Origin: Propionivibrio sp.
GTDB lineage: Bacteria > Pseudomonadota > Gammaproteobacteria > Burkholderiales > Rhodocyclaceae
Assembly: GCA_047601695.1 (NCBI GenBank)
Contig: JASGIW010000001.1
Coordinates: 46,525 to 110,524, forward strand
Length of the DNA stretch: 64,000 nucleotides
Reading direction: 5' to 3'
Of the stretch, positions 55,073 to 64,000 are shown piece after piece. The position numbers and the translations under genes are program-made. Position 1 is the stretch's first letter, and the number at the start of each line of letters is the position of its first letter. The notes beneath the pieces are model-generated. The model searched no databases. It was not told the origin of the DNA and saw only the letters and a list, made by a program, of their open reading frames with translations.

Positions 55073-56157
55073 CTGGAAGCGGAGACGAGAAAAACGGAGA
55101 GACGCTAACCGCCAGTGCGGCATTGATCGTACGGCGCCTTGATCCGGACAACGAAGAGCAAGCCACGCGTTGGGATGAATTCGTCAACCGGTGCGCGGCG
55201 GCAACTTTTTTCCACAGATCAGGCTGGCAGACGATCGTTACCAAGGTGTTTGGTCATGCGGCTTTTTTTCTGTACGCGGAACGCGGGGGCGTCGTCGAAG
55301 GGGTGCTACCGCTGGCCGAGGTGAAGAGCCGGTTTTTCGGTCATTCGCTGGTTTCCCTGCCGTTCGCCGTTTATGGCGGAGTCGCATCCAACTCGGCGGA
55401 AGCGGTAGCGGCGCTCGAGTCGGAGGCGCAAGCCATCGCCGTCAACTGCGGTGTCGAACATCTGGAATTCCGGAATCTTCAACGCCGCCACGCCGACTGG
55501 CCCATGCAGGATCTATACGTCAGCTTTCGCAAGGTGCTGTTGCCGGAGGTCGAAGCGAACATGCAGGCCATCCCGCGCAAGCAGCGCGCCATGGTGCGCA
55601 AAGGGATCAAGCATGGCCTGCGCAGCGAGATCGATGCCAACGTCGATCGCTTTTTCGCGCTCTACGCCGACAACGTTCACCGGCATGGCACGCCGGCCAT
55701 GCCCAAGCGCTATTTCGAATCACTGGTGAAGGTGTTTGGCGGCGACTGCGAAGTGCTGACGGTGTCCAGCGCCGATGGCCGTCCGCTAAGCAGCGTGCTC
55801 AGCTTCTATTTCCGGGACGAAGTGCTGCCGTATTACGCCGGCGACGATCTCGCGGCGCGCGATCTGGCCGCCAACGACTTCAAGTACTGGGAGCTCATGC
55901 GGCGCGCCTGCGAGCGGGGTATACGCGTTTTCGACTATGGGCGCAGCAAGCAAGGGACGGGATCCTATTCGTTCAAGAAGAACTGGGGCTTCGAGCCGCA
56001 ACCCTTGTTCTATGAGTATTGTCTGTACAAGCGCGACAGCGTTCCGCAAAACAACCCATCCAATGCCAAGTACCGGCTGCTGATCGAAGCGTGGCGCCGA
56101 ATGCCGATCGGGTTGGCCAATTGGCTTGGGCCTTTCATTGTTCGAAATCTGGGCTGA
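55069..56157 (+). CDS. FemAB-like GNAT protein (XrtA system)
   Basis: PRKQRAMVRKG, FDYGRSK, FKKNWGF. Confidence 0.9.
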   Translation: MTGSGDEKNGETLTASAALIVRRLDPDNEEQATRWDEFVNRCAAATFFHRSGWQTIVTKVFGHAAFFLYAERGGVVEGVLPLAEVKSRFFGHSLVSLPFAVYGGVASNSAEAVAALESEAQAIAVNCGVEHLEFRNLQRRHADWPMQDLYVSFRKVLLPEVEANMQAIPRKQRAMVRKGIKHGLRSEIDANVDRFFALYADNVHRHGTPAMPKRYFESLVKVFGGDCEVLTVSSADGRPLSSVLSFYFRDEVLPYYAGDDLAARDLAANDFKYWELMRRACERGIRVFDYGRSKQGTGSYSFKKNWGFEPQPLFYEYCLYKRDSVPQNNPSNAKYRLLIEAWRRMPIGLANWLGPFIVRNLG

Positions 56158-56165
56158 GGTATCCA

Positions 56166-57380
56166 GTGGGCGATCTGCTCTATCTCGTGCATCGACTTCC
56201 CTATCCCCCGAACAAGGGTGACAAGGTACGCTCGTATCATCTGCTCAAGCATCTCGCGGCGCGGCATCGGGTATTTCTCGGCACGTTCATCGACGATCCG
56301 CAAGACGAAGACTATGTGGACGTATTGCCGCAATACGTTGCCGACATGCATATCGCCCGGATTTCACCGCGAACAGCCAGGTTGCGCAGCCTTTCCGGTC
56401 TGTTCGGCAATGAAGCCCTGACCTTGCCTTACTACCGTGACGCGGGATTGAAAACATGGATTGACCACGTCTTGCGTGAGAAAAGGATCGATGCTGCCAT
56501 CGTCTTTTCGTCCGCGATGGCGCAGTACGTGACAGATACTCCCGGCCTCCGAACCCTGGTCAACTTCGTTGACGTCGACTCGGCCAAATGGACCCAATAT
56601 GCGCCGAATCATCGCTGGCCATTGTCCTGGCTGTATCGCCGCGAGGGCGAACGCTTGCTTGCCTACGAGCGATCCGTCGCCAGGCAGGCGACGCATTCCT
56701 TTTTCGTCACCGACGCTGAGACGGAACTGTTTTGCAGCCGTGCGCCCGAATGCCGGGGGCGTGTCGAGGCAATGTGCAACGGCGTCAACGCCGAGTTCTT
56801 TTCGCCCGAGCATGATCTGGTATCGCCTTTTGGCGACGATGAGCTACCGCTTGTGTTTACGGGCGCCATGGATTACTGGCCGAATGTCGATGCGGTCAGC
56901 TGGTTTGTTGCGGAGATACTGCCTGGGCTGTTGCGGAGCCATTCCGCGCTGAAGTTCTATATCGTCGGGCGCAGCCCGACGCCGGCCGTCATTGCGCTGG
57001 CGAACGAACATGTCGTCGTCACCGGGACGGTGCCCGATGTGCGACCCTATCTGCGCCATGCGGCCACCGTCGTTGCGCCTCTGCGCCTTGCTCGCGGTAT
57101 CCAGAACAAGGTTCTTGAAGCCATGGCCATGGGGGTGCCGGTGGTCGCCTCGCAGGAATGTGCCGGACCGGTCGATGCGGTGCCGGAACGCGATTTTCTG
57201 ACGGCCGGAACGGTGGCGGATTATCAGCATCAGATCACGCGCCTGCTGCGATCTTCTGAGCAGGCAGCCGCAATGGGAAAGGCCGCGCGTGCACAGGTCT
57301 TGGCGCGCTACAGTTGGGACGCGCATCTCTCGCGCATCGACCGTTTCATCGAGAACTCAGACGCTCACCGGGAGCAATGA
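56166..57380 (+). CDS. GT4 sugar transferase (TIGR03087-like)
   Basis: VHRLPYPPNKGDKVRSY, FTGAMDYWPNVDAV, GIQNKVLEAMAMG. Confidence 0.9.
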   Translation: MGDLLYLVHRLPYPPNKGDKVRSYHLLKHLAARHRVFLGTFIDDPQDEDYVDVLPQYVADMHIARISPRTARLRSLSGLFGNEALTLPYYRDAGLKTWIDHVLREKRIDAAIVFSSAMAQYVTDTPGLRTLVNFVDVDSAKWTQYAPNHRWPLSWLYRREGERLLAYERSVARQATHSFFVTDAETELFCSRAPECRGRVEAMCNGVNAEFFSPEHDLVSPFGDDELPLVFTGAMDYWPNVDAVSWFVAEILPGLLRSHSALKFYIVGRSPTPAVIALANEHVVVTGTVPDVRPYLRHAATVVAPLRLARGIQNKVLEAMAMGVPVVASQECAGPVDAVPERDFLTAGTVADYQHQITRLLRSSEQAAAMGKAARAQVLARYSWDAHLSRIDRFIENSDAHREQ

Positions 57381-58934
57381 ATGTCCGCGCCGCATACGAT
57401 TCCCAACACTGGGACCACCAAGGGTGATTGGGCCAAAGCGCTGGCAATCCTGTTCGTCACTTTGTTGGCGATACTCGTCATCTATCGAGATACCGCGCTG
57501 GCAATGGCCGAAATCTGGGCACGCAGCGAGACGTTTACGCACGGCTTCCTCGTACCGCCGATCGCACTATGGCTGGTGTGGAGGATTCGTCACCGGTTTG
57601 TTGGCATGGAACCGCGGCCAAGTCGCTGGTTTCTCCTCGTACCGGCCGGAGCCGGCTTCCTTTGGCTGCTCGGCGAATTGTCGGCTGTTGGCGTCGTGTC
57701 GCAGTTTGCGCTGGTTACGATCGTAGTGTTCAGCGTTCCGGCGGTATTGGGTCTGCGGATTGCGCGGCGCATCGCTTTTCCGTTGGCTTTCTTGTACTTT
57801 GCCGTTCCCTTCGGTGAATTCGCGATTCCGTTCTTTATGGAGTGGACCGCGAAGATTACCGTCATCGGCCTGCGCATGAGCGGCATTCCCGTATATCGCG
57901 AGGGGCTGCAGTTCATCATTCCGTCGGGCAGTTGGTCCGTGGTCGAGGCTTGCAGCGGGATTCGCTACCTCATTGCCTCCGTGACGGTCGGTACGCTTTT
58001 CGCCTATCTGAGCTACACCTCGCTCAAGCGGCGGGTTCTTTTCGTCGCCGTTTCGTTTGTCGTACCGATCATTGCCAACTGGTTTCGCGCCTACCTCATC
58101 GTGATGCTCGGCCACTTGTCCGGAAACAAGCTGGCTGCCGGCGTCGATCATCTGATCTATGGCTGGGTGTTCTTCGGCATCGTCATGATGGCCATGTTCT
58201 GGATCGGTTCGCGCTGGCGTGAGGAGGAATTGCAGACGCCGCCTGGCGATGATGCCGCTTCGACGACGTTACAGGACGGACGGGGCATTCTCTCGACCGC
58301 GCTGACTGCAGTGATTTTCTTCTTGATTGCCGTGATGTGGCCGTTCGCTGAATGGAAACTCGGAAGCAATCTGCCGCCTCAGGTGACTCGTGTCGAGCCG
58401 CCGGGGCCGATTGCCGGATGGACGGTTTCTGAACAACCGGTTGCCGATTGGAGCCCGTACTACGAAAACCCATCGGCGACGTTCGGTTCCTCGTACGCGT
58501 CGAAAGGACGTACGGTGGGGCTTTTTGTCGCTTACTACAGAAATCAGGACTACAGCCGGAAGATGATCAGCTCGAACAACCGTCTGGTTGCCGGCAAGGA
58601 TCTTCAGTGGTCGCGGGTTTCCAGCGGCAAGCGCGATGTTGATTGGACTGGGCGGGTGCTGACCATGAAGACGGCCGAACTGAAGTCGTCGGACTCGCGC
58701 CGTTTGACCGTCTGGCAGTTCTACTGGGTCAATGGACACCTCACCGCCAGCGATGCGAAAGCGAAGGTTTACACGGCATTGTCGCGACTCACGGGGCGGG
58801 GGGATGATTCGGCGGTCGTGTTCATTTACGCGCCGGAACAAGCCGATGGTGCCCCGGTTGCGCTGGAGCAATTCTCGAGCGAAGCATCGTCTGCGGTCAT
58901 GGATGCGCTCGACCGAACCGGCGCGCTGCGATGA
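57381..58934 (+). CDS. xrtA: Exosortase A fused to an EpsI domain
   Basis: FTHGFLVPP, catalytic VVEACSGIRY, NWFR, VDHLIYGW; C-terminal EpsI-like WQFYWVNG. Confidence 0.93.
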   Translation: MSAPHTIPNTGTTKGDWAKALAILFVTLLAILVIYRDTALAMAEIWARSETFTHGFLVPPIALWLVWRIRHRFVGMEPRPSRWFLLVPAGAGFLWLLGELSAVGVVSQFALVTIVVFSVPAVLGLRIARRIAFPLAFLYFAVPFGEFAIPFFMEWTAKITVIGLRMSGIPVYREGLQFIIPSGSWSVVEACSGIRYLIASVTVGTLFAYLSYTSLKRRVLFVAVSFVVPIIANWFRAYLIVMLGHLSGNKLAAGVDHLIYGWVFFGIVMMAMFWIGSRWREEELQTPPGDDAASTTLQDGRGILSTALTAVIFFLIAVMWPFAEWKLGSNLPPQVTRVEPPGPIAGWTVSEQPVADWSPYYENPSATFGSSYASKGRTVGLFVAYYRNQDYSRKMISSNNRLVAGKDLQWSRVSSGKRDVDWTGRVLTMKTAELKSSDSRRLTVWQFYWVNGHLTASDAKAKVYTALSRLTGRGDDSAVVFIYAPEQADGAPVALEQFSSEASSAVMDALDRTGALR

Positions 58935-59011
58935 GCGTCCTTGGGGCCAAGGCTATCGTCAGGATTCGGTCGTCGTGGCCATTGTCAAAAACGATGCGGT
59001 GAGCGCGAAAA

Positions 59012-60919
59012 ATGTGTGGAATCACTGGAATATTCGATACTCGAACCAAGCGGGAAATCGACCGGCGGGTACTGACCCGCATGAACGAATCGCAGCATCA
59101 CCGCGGCCCGGTCGAAGGGGACTTGCATGTCGAACCGGGCGTGGGGCTGGGGCACCGCCGGCTGTCGATCATCGACCTCGCGACCGGACAGCAGCCGCTC
59201 TTCAACGAAGACCGGAGTGTTTGCGTCGTATTCAATGGCGAGATCTACAACTATCTTGAACTGATCCCGGAACTGCAGGCGCTCGGGCACGTATTCCATA
59301 CGCGCAGCGATACGGAAGTCATCGTGCATGCCTGGGAATCATGGGGCGAGGCATGTGTCGAGCGTTTTCGCGGAATGTTCGCGTTCGCGCTGTGGGATCG
59401 CAACCGCGAGTCCCTGTTCCTGGCGCGCGACCGGCTCGGCGTCAAACCGCTGCATTACGCGCTGCTCGCGGACGGCACGCTGCTCTTCGGTTCGGAGTTG
59501 AAGTCCCTGCTGGCGCATGGCGGGCTTTCCAAGGAAATCGATCCGCTTGCCGTCGAGGAGTATTTCGCGCTGGGTTACGTGGCCGAGCCGCGTGCGATCT
59601 TCAAACAGGCGCGCAAGCTCCCGCCTGCCTGCACGCTCCTCGTCCGGCGCGGCGAACCGGTCGGGCAGCCGCGCCGGTACTGGGATGTTCGATTCACGCT
59701 CGATCGGAAGATCGACGCGGTCGAGGCCATTGAAGAGCTGACGAGACGGCTGAGGGAGTCGATTCGCTTGCGCCTGATGTCGGAGGTGCCTTTGGGCGCC
59801 TTCCTGTCGGGAGGCGTCGATTCGAGCGCCGTGGTCGCGCTGATGGCCGGCTTGTCGGATGAACCGGTCAACACCTGCTCCATCGGCTTTTCCGATCCCT
59901 CTCATGACGAGGCCAGGTTCGCGCAGCAGGTTGCCGACCGTTACCGGACCAATCACTTCGTCGATATCGTCGAGAGCGATGACTTCGATCTGATCGACAC
60001 GCTCGCCCGGCTCTACGACGAACCCTATGCGGACAGTTCGGCGATTCCGACCTATCGCGTCTGCCAGTTGGCCCGCCAGCATGTCACGGTGGCGCTGTCG
60101 GGCGACGGGGGAGACGAGAGTTTTGCCGGATACGGCCGCTACAAGATTCATCTTGTCGAAGAGAAGATGCGATCCGCGTTGCCGTTGAGCGTGCGGCGTC
60201 CGGTCTTCGGAGCGATCGGCCGCTGGTATCCGAAAGCGGATTGGGCGCCGCGCGTCTTTCGTGCCAAGACGACGTTCGAATCGATGGCCCGGACTTCCGT
60301 GGAGGCCTATTTCCACTACATGTCGCTCATCCGGAATCCGACGCGCAACGCGCTTTACAGCGAGAAGTTCAAGTCGATGCTTGGCGGGTACAGCGCGCTC
60401 GACGTCTTCCGGCAACATGCGGCCAATGCGGAGACCGACGACCCGCTTGCACTGATCCAGTACATCGACTTGCACACCTATCTCGTCGGCGACATCAACA
60501 CCAAGGTCGATCGGGCCAGCATGGCGCATTCCCTGGAGGTGAGGGAACCGCTGATGGATCATCATCTGGTCGAATGGTTGGCGAGCTTGCCATCGTCGCT
60601 CAAGATGCATCGCTGGGAGAGCAAGTATCTGCTGAAGAAAGCCATGGAGCCGCACTTGCCGAACGACATCATGTATCGGCCGAAGATGGGCTTCGCTGTT
60701 CCTCTCGCGCGCTGGTTCCGCGGCCCGCTCCGGCAACGCGTGCGGGACTCGTTGCTCGGCGGCGAAATTGCCGATTCGGGCTGGTTCGACCAGAAAGTCA
60801 TTGCTCAGATCGTCGGTCAACACGAATCCGGGGTTCGTGATCACAGTACGCCGTTGTGGACACTCCTGATGTACGACGCCTTCCTGCGCAATGTGATGAA
60901 TGGAACGGCGGAAACGTGA
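59012..60919 (+). CDS. AsnB-like glutamine amidotransferase of the XrtA/EPS locus
   Basis: MCGI N-terminal Cys, FNGEIYN, SGGVDSS, SGDGGDE, KMGFAVP. Confidence 0.92.
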   Translation: MCGITGIFDTRTKREIDRRVLTRMNESQHHRGPVEGDLHVEPGVGLGHRRLSIIDLATGQQPLFNEDRSVCVVFNGEIYNYLELIPELQALGHVFHTRSDTEVIVHAWESWGEACVERFRGMFAFALWDRNRESLFLARDRLGVKPLHYALLADGTLLFGSELKSLLAHGGLSKEIDPLAVEEYFALGYVAEPRAIFKQARKLPPACTLLVRRGEPVGQPRRYWDVRFTLDRKIDAVEAIEELTRRLRESIRLRLMSEVPLGAFLSGGVDSSAVVALMAGLSDEPVNTCSIGFSDPSHDEARFAQQVADRYRTNHFVDIVESDDFDLIDTLARLYDEPYADSSAIPTYRVCQLARQHVTVALSGDGGDESFAGYGRYKIHLVEEKMRSALPLSVRRPVFGAIGRWYPKADWAPRVFRAKTTFESMARTSVEAYFHYMSLIRNPTRNALYSEKFKSMLGGYSALDVFRQHAANAETDDPLALIQYIDLHTYLVGDINTKVDRASMAHSLEVREPLMDHHLVEWLASLPSSLKMHRWESKYLLKKAMEPHLPNDIMYRPKMGFAVPLARWFRGPLRQRVRDSLLGGEIADSGWFDQKVIAQIVGQHESGVRDHSTPLWTLLMYDAFLRNVMNGTAET

Positions 60920-60932
60920 AAAGAGCGGGGCA

Positions 60933-62105
60933 ATGAGAATTCTTTATCACCACCGGACGGCCTCGAAGGACGGCCAGGCCGTCCACATTGAGGAGATGGT
61001 CGGCGCGCTGCGTGCGCTCGGTCACGAAGTGCTCGTCGTCGCGCCGGAACTCGGCGATCCGGGAAAAATGGGCGACGACGTCGGTTGGGTTCACCGGCTG
61101 AAGGCCGCCTTGCCCAAGGCGCTCTATGAATTGCTGGAGTTGGCCTATTCGTTGCACGCCTACCGCAAACTCCGGGCGGCGGCTGGGCGGTTCATGCCCG
61201 AAGTCATCTACGAGCGTTACAACCTTTTCCTGCTGGCCGGCGCCATGTTGAAGAAGCGCCTCGGCATCCCGCTGCTGCTCGAAGTGAATTCGCCGCTCGT
61301 GTTCGAGCGCTCGCGGCACAGCGGCGGCCTATCGCTGCCTTGGCTGGCGCGGTGGGCCGAAGGGAGCGCCTGGCGGGCGGCGGATCGCGTACTGCCGGTG
61401 ACGTGGGTCCTCGGTCGCCATGTGATGGATTATGGCGTTCCCGATGAGCGTATCGCCGTGATTCCCAACGGCATCAACCGGGCGCATTTCGAGTCGGCGC
61501 CGGAACCGGAGGTGGCCAAGACGCGGCTCGGCTTGCAGGGAAAGCTGGTGCTCGGGTTTACGGGTTTCGTTCGCGACTGGCACGGTGTGGACCGCGTCAT
61601 TGCCTGGATGGCGAGCGCCGATGCGCCGCGCAACGCGCATCTCCTGGTCGTCGGCGACGGGCCGGTACGCGACACGCTTGAAGAACAGGCCAGGCAACTC
61701 GGTTTGGCGGATGCGGTGACGTTTACGGGAGTTGTCCATCGCGATGCCGTACCGGCGCACGTCGCCGCCTTCGACGTCGCGCTGCAACCCGCGGTGACTG
61801 CCTACGCGTCACCGCTCAAGATGATGGAATATCTGGTCCTCGGTAAGGCCATCGTTGCGCCGCGTACGCCGAATATCATGGAGATTCTGGAAGACGGCGA
61901 TAATGCGGCCATGTTCGACGAGAACGTCGAAGGCTGCTTCGAGCAGACATTGACGCAGGTTTGCCGGGATGCGGAATTGAGACTGCGCCTCTCGCATCGT
62001 GCGCGAGAGACGATCGATCGGCGACAATTGACCTGGATCGGAAATGCTCAGCGGGTTACCTCGCTGGCGGATGAGTTGATTTCAAGAAAAGCAAGGAAGA
62101 AATAA
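60933..62105 (+). CDS. GT4 glycosyltransferase
   Basis: [29 protein letters not shown]. Confidence 0.88.
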   Translation: MRILYHHRTASKDGQAVHIEEMVGALRALGHEVLVVAPELGDPGKMGDDVGWVHRLKAALPKALYELLELAYSLHAYRKLRAAAGRFMPEVIYERYNLFLLAGAMLKKRLGIPLLLEVNSPLVFERSRHSGGLSLPWLARWAEGSAWRAADRVLPVTWVLGRHVMDYGVPDERIAVIPNGINRAHFESAPEPEVAKTRLGLQGKLVLGFTGFVRDWHGVDRVIAWMASADAPRNAHLLVVGDGPVRDTLEEQARQLGLADAVTFTGVVHRDAVPAHVAAFDVALQPAVTAYASPLKMMEYLVLGKAIVAPRTPNIMEILEDGDNAAMFDENVEGCFEQTLTQVCRDAELRLRLSHRARETIDRRQLTWIGNAQRVTSLADELISRKARKK

Positions 62106-63424
62106 TGAAGGTGACTGTGATCGGAACGGGTTATGTCGGACTCGTGAGTGGTACCTGCCTGGCCGAAGTCGGCAATGACGTGCTGTGCGTCAACGTCGAT
62201 CAGGAAAAGATCCGCATCCTGAAAGAAGGGGGAATACCCATCTTTGAGCCGGGTCTCCAGGAAATGGTCGCGCGTAACGTCGAGGCTGGCCGCCTGCGCT
62301 TCACCACGGACGTCGAAGAGGCCGTCAGGCATGGTGCCATCCAGTTCATCGCGGTGGGCACGCCGCCGGATGAGGACGGTTCGGCCGATCTTCAGTATGT
62401 GCTCGCGGCGGCGCGCAATGTCGGTCGCTTGATGACGGATTACAAGGTCGTCGTAGACAAGAGCACCGTTCCGGTTGGCACCGGCGACAAGGTCAGGTCG
62501 GCGATCGCCGACGAACTGAAGAAGCGGGGCACCGAAACGCCGTTCAGCGTGGTGTCCAACCCGGAGTTTCTCAAGGAGGGTGCGGCGGTCGAGGATTTCA
62601 TGCGGCCGGACCGCGTCGTCGTGGGCGCTGAGGACGAGCAGGCGATCTCGGTGATGCGCGCTTTATACGCTCCGTTCCAGCGCAACCACGATCGCTTGAT
62701 CGTTACCGACGTCAAGAGCGCCGAGCTTACCAAGTACGCCGCCAACGCGATGCTGGCCACACGCATCAGCTTCATGAACGAAATGGCCAATCTGGCCGAG
62801 AAATTGGGCGCGGATATCGAAATGATCCGGCAAGGCATCGGCAGCGATCCGCGCATCGGTTATCACTTCCTGTATCCGGGTTGCGGTTACGGCGGTTCAT
62901 GTTTCCCCAAGGACGTCAAAGCGCTGATCAAGACGGCGATCGACGATGCTGGGATCGAACTCAAGGTACTCACGGCCGTCGAGGAAGCCAACGACGCGCA
63001 GAAGCATATTTTGACGGCAAAACTGAAGAGCCGTTTCGGCGATCTCTCGGGAAAGCATTTCGCGCTGTGGGGGCTGGCGTTCAAACCGAATACGGACGAT
63101 ATGCGCGAGGCGCCCAGCCGTGAACTCATCGCCGACCTCTTCGCGGCGGGCGCCACGGTGACTGCGTACGATCCGGTCGCCATGGACGAAGCCAAGCGTA
63201 TTTTCGATGGCGATGCACGCCTGCGTTTTGTGAATGGTCCTCTGGAAGCGCTGGACGGTGCCGACGCACTGCTTATCGTTACCGAATGGAAGGAGTTCCG
63301 CAGTCCGGATTTCTCGGTAATCAAGAAGCGTTTGAAGAATCCGCTGATCTTCGATGGCCGCAATCTCTACGATCCGCAGTTCGTGCGCGGGTTGGGGGTC
63401 GAGTATCTTGCAATCGGGCGCTGA
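62105..63424 (+). CDS. ugd: UDP-glucose 6-dehydrogenase
   Basis: [44 protein letters not shown]. Confidence 0.94.
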   Translation: MKVTVIGTGYVGLVSGTCLAEVGNDVLCVNVDQEKIRILKEGGIPIFEPGLQEMVARNVEAGRLRFTTDVEEAVRHGAIQFIAVGTPPDEDGSADLQYVLAAARNVGRLMTDYKVVVDKSTVPVGTGDKVRSAIADELKKRGTETPFSVVSNPEFLKEGAAVEDFMRPDRVVVGAEDEQAISVMRALYAPFQRNHDRLIVTDVKSAELTKYAANAMLATRISFMNEMANLAEKLGADIEMIRQGIGSDPRIGYHFLYPGCGYGGSCFPKDVKALIKTAIDDAGIELKVLTAVEEANDAQKHILTAKLKSRFGDLSGKHFALWGLAFKPNTDDMREAPSRELIADLFAAGATVTAYDPVAMDEAKRIFDGDARLRFVNGPLEALDGADALLIVTEWKEFRSPDFSVIKKRLKNPLIFDGRNLYDPQFVRGLGVEYLAIGR

Positions 63425-63469
63425 CATGTCGGGAACTGGCGTCCATGCCTCGATTTCCCGGGAATGGGT

Positions 63470-64000
63470 ATGAAAAACGGCCGTATTCGCGTGCTACATG
63501 TACTCCAGACGATGGGAATCGGAGGCATGGAGAAGCGGATTCTTCGGTTGTGCAAAGGGCTCGACAGCGCCGTTCTACGATATTCACGCCGTCAGTCTGC
63601 GCCGGACGGAGGGTGCGATGATCGACTGGCCGGAAGATCGGCACCATTTCTATCCAATTGAACCCGGCCTGCATCTCGGGCAGCTTTTTGGCTTGGCAAG
63701 GCTCATGCGGGACGGACGTTACGACATTGTCCACAGCCACAACTGGGCGACCATGTTGTACGGCGTCCTGGCCGGGCGTCTGGCGCACGTACCCGTCGTC
63801 CTGCACGGCGAGCATGGATTGAATGACGAAGACAGGAAAGGCGTGTCATTCAAACGCGAAAGCGTGGCGACGCTCATCGCGCACATGGCGACGCGCGTCG
63901 TGGCTGTCAATGAGTTCATCCGGCACCAGGCTCGAAAGCGATGGCGACTTTCGTCTTCCTCGGTGATCAGCATTCCGAATGGTGTCGATATCGCCCGTTT
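63470..64000 (+). CDS. GT4 glycosyltransferase, 3'-truncated by the window edge (frameshift near 63573)
   Basis: RVLHVLQTMGIGGMEK, then in the shifted frame DIVHSHNWATMLYG...VLHGEHG...IPNGVDI. Confidence 0.82.

Noticed and set aside
59096-59119. RGPVE instead of RGPD in the amidotransferase; also CVNVD in ugd
   Set aside because: Single substitutions at normally conserved Asp residues cannot be trusted given the error rate.

Overview
64-kb chromosomal window from a GC-rich betaproteobacterium, probably Rhodocyclales (inferred from gene order and a PepA-like PEP-CTERM protein). It has four zones. (1) 1-14.1 kb, accessory: a 5'-truncated EAL protein with a C-terminal CZB domain; AraC-LysE-GFA-glycerate kinase; a trimeric autotransporter adhesin operon divergent from a 7TM-DISM histidine kinase; a WYL/YafY regulator with VOC and DJ-1 genes. 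(2) 14.1-25.3 kb, metabolic: murI, class I fumarase, tandem hemerythrin, and acs + cNMP/CBS/DUF294 nucleotidyltransferase + DEDDh exonuclease + large SSS symporter + DUF4212, followed by the SRP RNA. (3) 25.4-42.1 kb, conserved core: HDOD, ndk-rlmN-pilW-rodZ-ispG-hisS-yfgM-bamB-der-hfq-hflX-hflK-hflC-DUF2065-hisZ-purA. (4) 42.2-64 kb, an exosortase A/PEP-CTERM exopolysaccharide locus preceded by a more AT-rich ThiF/methyltransferase/ABC-permease block. Eleven single-base frameshifts, one in essential hisS, indicate sequencing or assembly indels rather than true pseudogenes. The best unannotated signals are: five CTGT(C/T) repeats phased at exactly 10 bp upstream of the adhesin operon, plus a beheaded OmpR-type response-regulator tail behind the kinase; a perfect 10-6-10 palindrome upstream of the WYL-linked operon; a 142-bp inverted-repeat element between murI and fumA; and an intact enhancer/sigma-54 promoter at pepA. 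Family names come from motif recognition and memory; no searches were run. Start codons are best estimates.
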